Assembly: GCA_012295275.1 (NCBI GenBank)
Contig: CM022677.1
Coordinates: 25,420,001-25,484,000 of the forward strand
Direction: 5' to 3'
Length of the DNA: 64,000 nucleotides
Origin: Chrysomallon squamiferum
Lineage: Eukaryota > Animalia > Mollusca
The translations under genes and the position numbers were made by a program. The first letter of the stretch is position 1. Each line of letters opens with the position of its first letter. Shown in pieces: positions 16,899-64,000 of this stretch. Below the pieces are notes generated by a model. The model did not search any database. It saw nothing but the letters and a program-made list of their open reading frames with translations, and was not told the DNA's origin.

Positions 16899-17286
16899 AC
16901 CAAAATATCGTTAATAAGCCCTTTAACATTTACAAATTATTTAACATTTATCTGTTTTCGTCAGGTGAGAACGTCAAAACATCAAACCAAAAAAATTAAA
17001 ATTAAAAAAATCTCACTGCAACGAAACCGCATTAAAAATGTTTTTCTTCTTCTTTCATTATGTTTTGTTTTTTTATTATTACCTTTTCTCACACAAATAT
17101 TTTAGCGCACATTTTTTTTTTTTTTTTTTTTTTTTACTACTAATTCAGCGTAACGTTAATCTGTTACGACGCAAGTAAAACCATGCCTGGGACGGAAGCC
17201 ATTTTGAATGGAATGTAAAAACAAAATACTACTAGTCTGTAAACTACCTCTGCTTCACTGAGCGCGCGCCATCTCGCGTCAATAAA
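16899..17286 (-). mobile_element. Interspersed repeat copy 1 (non-autonomous element, family unknown)
   Basis: Reverse-complement match to 46593-46950, e.g. ccatgcctgggacggaagccattttgaatggaatgtaaaaacaaaatactactagtct. Confidence 0.7.
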
Positions 17287-17669
17287 CATTATCGCGTGTT
17301 CAATAGAAAACAAAAATAAAAAATAAAAAAAAAAAATCAAAGAAAAAGAATGCAAAACCAGAAGATATAAGGAAACAAAGGAGAAAAAAATAAAATAAAA
17401 GCATAATAAAAAAAAAAAAAAAAAGTAAAACGTAAATATCGAGAGAAAAAAAAATAAAAATAAATAAATAAAAAAAGGAACATTAATTTGTCTTTTCAGC
17501 TTCTATTTTGAGTTTTGTTTTGATTTGTTCCACACAACAAGTTAGTTTATCTCTTTGAAAACCAGGCAAGCGAAACCAGTAGTTTATTGATAAAGGTTTT
17601 TTTGCGTCACGTTTTCTTCTTTGTTTCTTTCTTTCGTTTTTCTTTTTCGTTTATTTTAGTGATTTCGAT

Positions 17670-17700
<31 letters not shown>

Positions 17701-17759
17701 GACTTTTTTTTCTATTTTGTTCATCCTTCTCCCTTTCTTTCTCTCTACTTCTTTCTTTC

Positions 17760-18405
<646 letters not shown>

Positions 18406-19009
18406 CGTTTTATCCCTCGTAGCCACAGCCTACCCCAAATCTTTACCACACACAAATGTTTTCTGCACTTTACATTCCACCATCCTTTCTCTGTTAAGCT
18501 ATTATTATATCAGACTATGACCAAGCCTATCTAAACATGTCTACCTACATTTAATAACCGTCATATTCTACAAACATTGGCGCGTTTAACGTAAACACGT
18601 AACAACATGGAACGTTTTTTTGCACCTGACGTGTGAATACAGGGATTGTTAATAATATCAGTATTGAGTAAACACGGAGTGAGATTCGCCTTGTGTTAAA
18701 AGTGCATCGTGGTATACTGAACAAAATAAATTATATAACACGTGGTTTTAGTAGTAGAATTACTTCAGTAGGAATTATTATATTTACTACTAACTGTTAT
18801 AATTATCTCTTCCATTAATGCTATTATGATTTTTTTTTTTTTTTTTTTTTAGTTTTTTAGTTTTTTTTTTTTTTTCTTCTTCTTCATTTTGGACTACGAC
18901 TATTAATACTAATAATACTAACACTAGCACTAATACCACTACCGCCACAACTACTGTTGCTACTACTACTTCTACTGCTACTACTACTACTACTACTAAT
19001 AATAATAAT

Positions 19010-19323
<314 letters not shown>

Positions 19324-19877
19324 ACAATATAAAAATAAAGTTTAGAGTCTTGATACTTAAAAACGACCCTCTATCTCATCATTTTTAATCCCTTTACAGT
19401 TAAAAACGACTTTTACTTAAAATACATCATTGTTCCCTATTTAATATCATCAGTATATCACACTGTACCTGATAATTTAAAACATGACTATTTATCCGAT
19501 ACCGTACGATGTCTATTAATTTAAAACATGACTGTTTATCCGATACCGTAAAGGGTAAACTGTTAGCAAATGTAACCGGTGATGATACACTAAACATACG
19601 TACATCATTTTCTATTTTCTGTATTTGAAACACGTTTTGTGTCTGTCTGTTACTGTGTTAGATATTGACAATGATGTGTGTGTGTAAAATATCCCGTTAT
19701 GTTCTTCTTTGTTTTTAAATTATGTTACATGCTGTAGATTAGTAATTAAATGTATATAAATTTATGTTTTTCTTCTAATTTTACTTATGTCTCTTTCTCT
19801 TCTCTCTCATCTCTTCATTTCTCTATCTCTCATTCTCTCTCTCTCTCACTCACTCTCTCTCTCTCTCTGTCATTCTC

Positions 19878-19958
<81 letters not shown>

Positions 19959-20526
19959 ATTATTATTAACGATATCTTATTTCGAGATTTTGACGTCCGT
20001 GTATGTTTTCATTATCACAGTTAATTTGTTTTTCTAATTAAAAAAAAATAATTAAAAAAATATTTACAAACTGTATGTGGTATCTTACTGTAATATGCCC
20101 GTTCATGTTTCATAAACAAAAAATAGAAACCACAAAAAAAAAAAAAAAAAAAAAAACACCTAATTATTTTTACTTTTTCATGTCAGTTTGTTTTTCTTCT
20201 TTTTAAAATCTCACTTTCTGTTCTGATTTTGTTTGAAGAATTTTGTTGACATTTCGTGATTAAATTTTTTTATTAAAAACAGCTACTCTGTCAATCAAAG
20301 GAAACAATATAAAAATACTTCCTTCCTTTCGTTTCATTTCCTCAGTTTTCATGTCTTTTTTTCTCCCATTCACAAACACACAAAAACAAAACATAATAAT
20401 AATAATAATAATAATAATATAATAATAATAATAATAATAATGTTAGTTAGTATTATGTTAGTCCTTGTTCACTTTCGAATTTAATTATATTTATTTTTGT
20501 TTTTATTTCTTCTTCTTCTTCTTCTT

Positions 20527-20588
<62 letters not shown>

Positions 20589-21356
20589 AATTATTATTAT
20601 TATTGTTGTTGTTGTTGTTTATGTTGATGTTCTTGTTGATGATGCTATTATTATTATTATTATTACTGTTGTTTTTTATTATTTTTTTAGTTTTGTTATT
20701 ATTTTCTATGGTTTTCTTCTTAATTACATTTTTTCTTTTTTATTTCTTTCTTTCTAATTTCCCCCCACACACCTTTTTAACTAATTTTCATTCCTTTTTT
20801 TTTTTTTTTTTTTTTTTTTCGCTCATTTTATTTTATTTTTTTTTTCTCTTCATTTTCTCTTCGCCTAATAATCATTAATAATTCATCCCAATCATCTCGT
20901 TTATCTTCTCTTTTCCACGACACGGAATTCCATCATTAATTTCCAATCGTTAAATAAATTAATCATTGCCTGATGCCGTATTTCTGTTTATTTCATAGTC
21001 ATCTTTAAAACCTTCTATAATTAAGATGTCTGATAGCAAATTTATTGAAATTAAATTCTTTCATCAGCGATTTCTTTTTTTTTTTTTTTTTTTTTTTTTA
21101 ATAATTTGATTTCATTGTATAACTAATAACCATTAAGCTGTAATTGAAAGTTATTTTTGTAATTGTAAAAATATCTTTTATGGGTGAGAATATTGTTTTG
21201 AATATTAATTTGAATAATTACGTTTTCGTACCTGTCCTTAACAGTGGTTAGAAAGAAAATATATTTTAGACATAAATGTATTTTTCCTATTTCACTTTTT
21301 GTCGGTTTACTGATTATGTTGTTCTTGTTTGGGGATATTTATTTATTTATTTATTT

Positions 21357-21395
<39 letters not shown>

Positions 21396-21704
21396 TTGTT
21401 TTGTTGTTGTTGTTATTAGTAGTAGTTGTTGTTGTAGTTATTACACACACATATATTTTATCTTTTTATTGTGCATATATCTATATTTCTTGTTTATGTA
21501 TTCTTTTATTTATTTTTTTTTTTTTACTTTTTTAATTGTTATTTGTTTATATATTTGTTTATTTATTTGTTTGTTTATTCATTCATTCTTCTTATTTTTT
21601 AAAACTATTATTTTATTTTCTTATTTACTTATTTATTTACTACTATATTTATTTATTTATTTACCAATTTATTTATTTATTGATTTATTGATTTATTTAC
21701 CTGT

Positions 21705-21743
<39 letters not shown>

Positions 21744-21830
21744 TTGATTTATTGATTTATTTACCTATTTATTTATTTATTTATTGATTTATTGATGTAT
21801 TGACCTATTTATTTGTTTATTTATTTACAG

Positions 21831-35357
<13,527 letters not shown>

Positions 35358-35424
35358 CCTTCAGATGATACGGCATGAATATTCATTCATGAGACTGTCT
35401 TCAGTGTGCGATGGGCTTATAACC

Positions 35425-35805
35425 TGAGTTCATGAAATTATTATGGCTCGTGATCATAACAGGTCATTGACCCAAAAGTTATTTATGAAAATATTGTGTG
35501 TTAATAATCCAAGACCACGAAACATTCATGGAAATAATCGAAAACTATGAAAATATTCATGAAAATATTATGGGTCACTAACCCCAGAACTATGAAACAT
35601 TCACGAAATTACTATGGGTCATTATCCCAAAACAAGGAAATATTTACGAAATTAGTATGGGTCATAAACCCTAAGCTGTGAAATATTCATGAAATTATTT
35701 TGGGTCATTAACCCAGAACTATGAACTATTCATGAAATTATTTTGGGTCATTAACCCAGAACTATGAAATATTCATGAAGTTATTATGGGTCATTAACCC
35801 AAAAC
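35425..35805 (+). repeat. ~43-bp degenerate tandem repeat (~9 copies) just 3' of the GC stop codon
   Basis: Unit approximately atgaaatattcatgaaattattatgggtcattaacccagaact; tgggtcatta at 35701, 35744 and 35787. Confidence 0.85.
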
Positions 35806-36027
35806 CTATGTTAACACTCCAACCATACAAGACATTATTTTTTTTTTTTTTTTTTTTTTCAAAGTATTTTGGATGCTTCAAGAAAATCAAAAATGTTCAT
35901 GGATGAACGGTGTAATAATTGCAAAAAGTATAAAAAAATAATATATATTCATGAAATTATTCTGTGCTTTTTACCCCAAAATTGAAAGAAATATACTAAA
36001 CAATAGTTACAAGTAAATTACCCCCAC

Positions 36028-36060
<33 letters not shown>

Positions 36061-36501
36061 CATGATACTGGCATGAAGAACATTTTGAAATTACGTCATT
36101 GATATTACGTCAGAGATATAGTTGACTACATAGCTGTGTCAACCACGAGGACAAGAACACAATTTAATCCTATTCTATTGTTATAAACCCGTTCTCATAT
36201 CAACAGATCTAATTTCAGAAACGGTCTCGTCCTTTCATAAAACCGTCGTTGAAATCATTTATGCACAGGGCCCAAAATTCCAACCTCTGGAACAAAATTA
36301 ACTGAATAATAATTTTAAATACATGTGATTTAAATATCAACAGTTGTTTAATATTTTAAAGTATGTTATAGTGTAAGAATGTTGTTATTACAAAAAGCGG
36401 GATAGTCGTATGACGTCATAGAACTGTGTTAGTATTACGTGAGAAGATGGGAATGAAATATAGCAGTGACGTCATAATATGTATGAATAGTATTGCCTAT
36501 G

Positions 36502-36588
<87 letters not shown>

Positions 36589-36933
36589 GATGTCTTATTA
36601 TTATTATTATTTGGATGCCTACAATATCCGTAACGATTATTTGTCAGTTTATTAATAGTTTTTTCTTTCCTTATATCTTTTTAAAGTACTTTTAAAAATT
36701 ATTTTATATATTTATGTGTGTGTGTCTCTATCTATATATATAAACAAACAAAGGCACATATATACAAACGTATCATGAAAATGAATTACATTCCTTATAT
36801 CTGTATATTTATTTATTGTTGTTCAGCTTCATATCAAATTATATGGCTGGACAAATAGAATGTAAAGTGTTACAAAGAATTTAACTGTGTGTTGTTTGTG
36901 ATATTTGTCCTATCAGTTACTTGTTTAAAAATG

Positions 36934-36939
36934 AATAAA
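36934..36939 (+). terminator. Candidate poly(A) signal of the GC gene
   Basis: First AATAAA I see on + after the stop, followed by GT-rich ttggttttgtttt about 20-30 nt downstream. Confidence 0.5.
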
Positions 36940-37447
36940 TAGTTGAATAATGTATCCTTGGTTTTGTTTTATTTCAGAACGTAACAGTAACACATGTCTA
37001 TGCTTAAGAAAAGAAAGAGAGACAGAATAATAAAAAAGGAAAGAAAGAAAGAAGGATGGAAAGAAAGAAAGAAAGAAAGAAAGAGAAATATAAAAAAATA
37101 AAAAGTATTAGCAGAGATGATCGGAGTTTGCATCATCAATGTGATCATCGTCATCATCATCATCATCATCATAATAATAATTATAATCATCATCATTATT
37201 ATCATAATCACCCTACTTAATTATATTATTTTACATTGTTTTCATCATTAACTGATTATCGTCATCATCATCATTATTTTTTTTTTATTACTAGTACTAT
37301 TACTACTATATTAGCAAGCAAGCACTATAACTACTATTATCATTTTGTTTGTATATTATTTCTTTTTCTTGTTGTTCTTCTTATTGATATTCATGTTGTT
37401 GTCCTCTTTGTTGTTGATGTTGAAGTCGTTGCCGTTGTGTCATAATA

Positions 37448-47847
<10,400 letters not shown>

Positions 47848-47894
47848 AACGTGTTTCAGAGATCTTTACGTTGTCACCTTAGCAACGTAGACTG

Positions 47895-47945
47895 GTAATC
47901 TGACGTGATCTTGTACACGTGTGACGTAGCAGATTATAAATATCT
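47895..47945 (-). promoter_or_regulatory. Candidate gene B core promoter
   Basis: TATTTATAA on - about 90 nt upstream of the ATG, beside TGACGT and CACGTG motifs. Confidence 0.35.
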
Positions 47946-49118
47946 ATGATAACACGACGGGGTCATTTCTGTTTTTCTTTCTTTCCTTTTTTTTATCTTT
48001 TTTTTTGAGATAACGTTCTGTTACTTATTAAGTTTTTATTGGACATTAGAAATGAATGTATTCAACTTTTTTCAAATGCGCGGCCTTTCAAACACACGCA
48101 CACACATACACACACACACACAAACACATATGTACACGTTTTATATACATATATACATACATACATACATACATACATAAATACATACATACATACACAG
48201 ATACATACATACATACATAGATACATATATACATACATACATTCATACATACTTCCAATTCTATTATATGACGCACTAGTATTCATTCTTCACTCTCATT
48301 TTTCTCTCCATCATTCTTTCGATCGTTCTCTCTCCCTTATTCACATATAATTCACGATACACAATTTTATTTTTTTAACAAACACTTTTTTATTTTAATT
48401 TGTTTACGTTTCATGTTTGCTCACGTAGATACATACTATCGCTCCCGATACTAACAGAATGAAAACCAAAGTGAACTAAGAATGTTTGAGATATCACAGA
48501 TTAGCGGGGACTGTTCGTCTGTTTGTGTGTCTGTCTGTGCTAGGTGATTCAGTGAGAACTGGGAACGAAGTGTGACAAGTTCCCTGAGTAGAGGGTTCGT
48601 GTTTATGACAGTTAATTTCGTTTTTGACAGGAAGAAAGGATTAGCGGAAAAGCCGATGTCCATTTAGGTCGTTTCTATACATACTGCGTTTTGTGTTTTT
48701 ATTTTATTTTCTATTTTGAATTTTGAATTTTATATTTTTTGTATTTTATTTTATTTCATTTTGTTTCTGTTTTAAAATTGTTTTTGTTTTTTGTTTTTGT
48801 TTTGTTTTTGTTTTTGTTTTTGTTTTTATTTTGTTTTGTTTTATTTTATTTTATTTTTATTTTTTTTTTACTTTACTTTTTTTTATTTTTTTTATTTCAT
48901 TTTATTTCAATTCAAAAAAATTTTTTTCATTTTTTTTTTTTTTTTATAGTTTTATTTATTTTTTTATTTTTTTTTATATTTATTATTATAATTTTTTTGT
49001 ATGTTTATTTCTTTATTTGTTTGTCTGTTTGCTTCTTTACATTTATTACTAATTTTCTTTTAAGCTGCAGAAATTATCAAGCTGAAATATCTGTCTATAC
49101 AGGAAAATGTTACCGCCA

Positions 49119-49174
<56 letters not shown>

Positions 49175-49364
49175 TGTGTGTGTAACCGCACGGGTGCGTG
49201 TATGTGTATTTTACATTCTTATTAGAAAATAAAAAATGCAAATTAAGACAGACCAAAATCACCACAAAGCATGGATGTTATTTATAATATAAAGAAAAAT
49301 AAAACAGACGAAAAAAACAAACAAACAAATTAACTCCTGTATGGATATATTATATGCTAAACAT

Positions 49365-59166
<9,802 letters not shown>

Positions 59167-59277
59167 TGTCCTGTTCACTGAAAACAACTTTAAAAGTTCA
59201 CAGTGTTTTTCTGATAAGAGTCGACAAAGATAAAGTTTTAGAACAGTTTAAACACTGATAAGAAAATTAGGACAAGC

Positions 59278-59388
<111 letters not shown>

Positions 59389-59445
59389 AATAAAATAAAA
59401 AATAATACAATAATAATAATAAAAATAATTAATTAATTAATCAGC

Positions 59446-59481
<36 letters not shown>

Positions 59482-60114
59482 CGATATTTTAAAATCTCCA
59501 CAGCTATATTTACAATTTATGATATACGCAGGAACGGAAAAAATATTTAACGTCAACCACAGGGGCTTTGATCCTGCAGCCGCCGATGCCTGGGGCAAGC
59601 TATATATTTATATCCAGACTCGGAAAGACCCGGTATACGACCAGTAAATCAACACATCAGAGAAACGTGTTAAAATATAGCTGTAAAGACTTTGGCTGTG
59701 AAATGTCACGCATAACATCTTTTTTTATATAGCAAAAAATGGGCGGACGTGTTTTGGTTATTTACGATGCAGTAATTTGATACTCTAACGAAGGGAGCCT
59801 GGATCGATCCCCTGCGGGTGCCTTTTTAAGATTGTTTGATTATAAAAAGCAGTTGTCCCACATTTGATGTTGTTAATTCAAGCAACACAGTTGCATTTTC
59901 TATTATTGATCTTGTTGTTGTTAATACTAGTAGTAGTAGTATTATTACTCCTACTAGTATTACTACAACGTGATCGACATCATCAGCGTCATTATTACAA
60001 CGACCACTACTTTTGTTTGTATACTAATACTGTGTTTGCTGCATCTACTTTACAATTCTACTAGTGTACTACTACTACTACTACTACTATTTCTACTACT
60101 ACACCACTGCTACT

Positions 60115-60268
60115 ACAAACAACAATTATACGAACGAACCAAGAGTTACAAGGACGAAACAAAATTATTCGGACAAACAACATTCATACGGACAAAATAC
60201 AATTATACGGACAAACAACAATTATACGGACAAAAGACACTTATACAGACGAACAACAATTATACTGA
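60115..60268. repeat. ~19-bp degenerate tandem repeat
   Basis: ggacaaacaacaattatac-like units, ~8 copies. Confidence 0.7.
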
Positions 60269-60861
60269 TGAGCCATAATTAGCGTTATACAAATAATAAA
60301 CACGGATATCTCATTTTAAGTACGTTGTACATTATATAATCCTTTCTTTGTACAAACAGACAATAACTGTTCACATTTGATATACGACGAATTTTGCAAA
60401 CACTTGTTACCCGATATAGCTTAAAGGAAAGATAAGGACATTTTAAAAAAAAAAAAAAACATAAAAATAATCTTCATTGTTTGTTTTATTCTTGTTAAAA
60501 TCCTTGCAAACACTTTACTTAGCTCGATATGCTGAAATTCACCTCATAAACAAGTCACTCGGTGTTCATAAAATCTTTTAATTTCGTAATTAGAAACTTT
60601 CAACATTCTGACGCAAAGGAAATTAAAACAGGAATGCTGGTAGTAAAAACGCAGTTAAACAGAGCCGAGAACGAGGCTAGAGGTCAAACTGTGACCTCTG
60701 AAGTTGCGACACCAGCATAAAAAAATGCTTTACTATAAGGAAGTAGAGTTTTGAAAACTTTCATTTTTAATGTTTACTCCTTTTTTTTTATTCCACGTGT
60801 GAAAGAATAACTACTTTAATATACTTGTAGGTGTTTATGCCTTCATTCACGTATACACATA

Positions 60862-60896
<35 letters not shown>

Positions 60897-61899
60897 CACA
60901 CACACAACACACATACGCTCACACAATGACAAACTCATACATACACACACACATAAACGTATATATTTACGCACAAACAGAACGACAGACAGACAGACAG
61001 ACAGATGAAAGGACGGACGAACTAACAGTAAACAAAAAACAGTCATACATAGAGACAGATAGTGAGATAGATAGAAAGACAGACAGACAGACAGGCAGAT
61101 AGATAGATAGATAGATAGATATACGGACAGAGAGAGATAAAAAGATAGTGAGGAAGTGAGACAGGGACAAATACAAGGACAGTGAAAAACAGACGACAAA
61201 GATAGAAAGAAGGGAAGAGGCGAATACGCTTTTTCTTTTTCTTTTTTTTTTTTTTCCTTCTTCTTAGCAAAAAAATAGTAGTTAAAAAATGCATAACTTA
61301 ACACATGTCCTGACCAGCTGGTACTTTCATTGATAAACAGTTTGGGAAAAAAAAAAAAAAAAAAAAAAAAAAGGGCTTAAACCGCCTTCTCCGGTTGTGT
61401 GTTTTTTTTTTTTTTTTTTTTTTTTTTGACAGAAAACAAATTAAAACAAGAAAAGCGATACTAAAAAGACCATTTAGCTAAACGAAAACGAGGCTCGAGG
61501 TCAAAGGTAAACGACATATTTCACTCACTAAGGAAGTGACTTCGCGTTTCGCCTGAGCGCTTGACACTGGGCGTATGCCAGGACAAGTAAAACAATAATT
61601 AAAGTGTTTGTTCATTCAAGGGTGTGCTAGTGCGTGGGTTGAGGAGAGAGGTTTTAGGGTGTGGCTGGCTTGTTGGTATGTCGGTGTGTGGGCGGGTGTA
61701 AAAGTGTGTTATTGTTTATGTTGGTTTTTTTCCTGTGTTGGTGTTGCGTATCGTGTATGTGTTGTGTTGTGTTAGTGTGTACGTGCGTTTCGTGTGTTGT
61801 TTGTTAGCATTCGTGTGTGTGTGTTTTAATGTGTTTATGACTTTCTCGGAGATTCTGTTTTAATCTTTTATATTTTGTATTAATGTGTTTGCTGATCAG

Positions 61900-62995
61900 T
61901 TAGTGTGCATGTGTTAATGTGTGTCTGTGTTAGTGTGAATGTATTAATGTGTGTCTATAAGTGTCCATGTGTTAAGGTGTGTCTATGTTAGTGTCCATGT
62001 GTTAATGTGTGTCTATGTTAGTGTGCATGTGTTAATATGTGTCTATGTTAATATGCATGTGTTAATGTGTGTCTATGTTAGTGTGCATGTGTAAATATGT
62101 GTCTATGTTAATATGCATGTGTTAATGTGTGTCTATGTTAGTGTGCATGTGTAAATATGTGTCTATGTTAATATGCATGTGTTAATGTGTGTCTATGTTA
62201 GTGTGCATGTGTTAATATGTGTCTATGTTAATATGCATGTGTTAATGTGTGTCTATGTTAGTGTGCATGTGTTAATATGTGTCTATGTTAATATGCATGT
62301 GTTAATGTGTGTCTATGTTAGTATGCATGTGTTAATGTGTGTCTATGTTAGTGTCTATCTGTTAATGTGTGTCTATGTTAGTGTGCATCTGTTAATCTGT
62401 GTCTATGTTAGTGTGCATCTGTTAATGTGTGTCTATGTTAGTGTGCATCTGTTAATGTGTGTCTATGTTAGTGTGCATCTGTTAGTGTGTGTCTATGTTA
62501 GTGTACATCTGTTAATGTGTGTCTATGTTAGTGTGCATCTGTTAATCTGTGTCTATGTTAGTGTGCATCTGTTAATGTGTGTCTATGTTAGTGTGCATCT
62601 GTTAATGTGTGTCTATGTTAGTGTGTATGTGTTAATATGTGTCTATGTTAGTATGCATCTGTTAGTGTGTGTCTATGTTAGTGTGCATCTGTTAATGTGT
62701 GTCTATGTTAGTGTGCATCTGTTAATGTGTGTCTATGTTAGTGTGCATCTGTTAATGTGTGTCTATGTTAGTGTGTATGTGTTAATATGTGTCTATGTTA
62801 GTATGCATGTGTACATGTTTGTCTTTGTTAGTTTGCATGTGTTAATATGTGTCTATATTAGTGTGCATATGTTTATGTTTGTCTATGTTAGTGTGCGTGT
62901 GTTAATGTGTGTCTATGTTATTGTACATGGTTAATATGTGTCTATGTTAATGTGTAACTGTGTTAATATGTGTGTATATGTTAGTGTGCATGTGT
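61900..62995. repeat. 30-bp minisatellite (~36 copies)
   Basis: gtctatgttagtgtgcatctgttaatgtgt, in phase on successive 60-nt lines. Confidence 0.95.
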
Positions 62996-63766
62996 AAATA
63001 TGTGTGTGTGTTTATGTAAACATGTCGTGCAGTGCTGTTAACGTAAGAATGATAATTCAGTTCCTACACACTGAATCATTTTGGCATCTCACAATATCTC
63101 ATTTTAGATACTGTACAAGGGATTGTTACAAATAAACACTTGTCCACCTTAACAAAATATATCTTTCTTATTATATATTGAAATCTAGACTCTGTTATAC
63201 ACCAGAGACAAAAAATAATAATTAAAAATAATGTTATTTATTTATGGTCCTGAAGCCCGATTTCTGGAAATGTGATATACGTTTTAATTAATTTTACAAA
63301 TGAGTTTTGTAAATAATGAACAGGCATGTAGCGTTTCAAGATCCAGCGTTAAAATAAAAATAAATAAAGAAAGAAAGAAAGAAAGAAAAAAAGAAAAAAA
63401 AAGAAAATTGGCGATGGATAACGAACGAAAAAACGAACTACTATTAAATATTCTAACAAATACTGGAGCCATTTTGACTTAGCTGTAGTAATGACAATTT
63501 AAGAGCTTGTACTTTCTGCTAATTAAAAAGAAGAAGAAGAAGAAGAAGAAGAAGAAGAAGAAGAAGAAGAAGAAGAAAAAGAAGAAGAAGAAGAAGAAGA
63601 AAGATATTGTCACACTAATCGGCAAGACAAAACTGATACAAATGTACTGAAGTTTAATTAAAACCAAATAGTTATTGCTGTACTGTTTCTAGTACTACTG
63701 TCGCTAAATACTACTTCTATCTATACACTAACTTCTACTTTTTCTATTAATTCATTTTTATCGCAG

Positions 63767-63807
<41 letters not shown>

Positions 63808-64000
63808 TGTTATTGTTATTGTTGCTGTTGTTGCTTTTGTTGTTGCTGTTATTATTATTATAGTTGTTGTTGTTGCTATCATTATTATTATGGTTATTAT
63901 TCATTTATTTATTTATTTATTTACTTATGTATGTATTTGTTTATTTTCTCTTAGTTTATTTATTTATTTATTGACTTAGATACTTATTTGTTTATTTGTT

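Noticed and set aside
47848-49364. Genes A and B as one gene with an internal duplication
   Set aside because: Gene A has its own stop exon and gene B its own ATG and signal-peptide exons; read-through cannot be excluded but has no support.
62173-62934. 253-aa ORF of MCVYVSVHLL repeats
   Set aside because: Translation of the 30-bp minisatellite; no splice or homology support.

Overview
AT-rich, microsatellite-saturated animal genomic DNA, probably an invertebrate and plausibly a mollusc (taxon is inference only). Most ORFs in the supplied track are simple-repeat artefacts. Manual GT-AG splicing gives three genes. (1) On +, 21 exons (21831-35357) of a natriuretic-peptide-receptor-type transmembrane guanylyl cyclase. 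About 836 aa are visible; its N-terminal exon(s) were not found, so 1-21830 is probably one long intron. (2, 3) On -, two complete tandem paralogs with 15 coding exons each and identical intron phases: gene A 59166-49365 (544 aa) and gene B 47847-37448 (857 aa). Both encode an apparently secreted mosaic protein: signal peptide, two Ly6/uPAR-like three-finger domains, a Thr-rich N-glycan-dense stalk, two Ig domains and a divergent LCCL-like C-terminal domain. I do not recognise this architecture, and it is the best candidate for an undescribed system. Gene B also carries a 27-bp coding VNTR and a 67-bp intronic array that multiplies an exon end and its splice donor.
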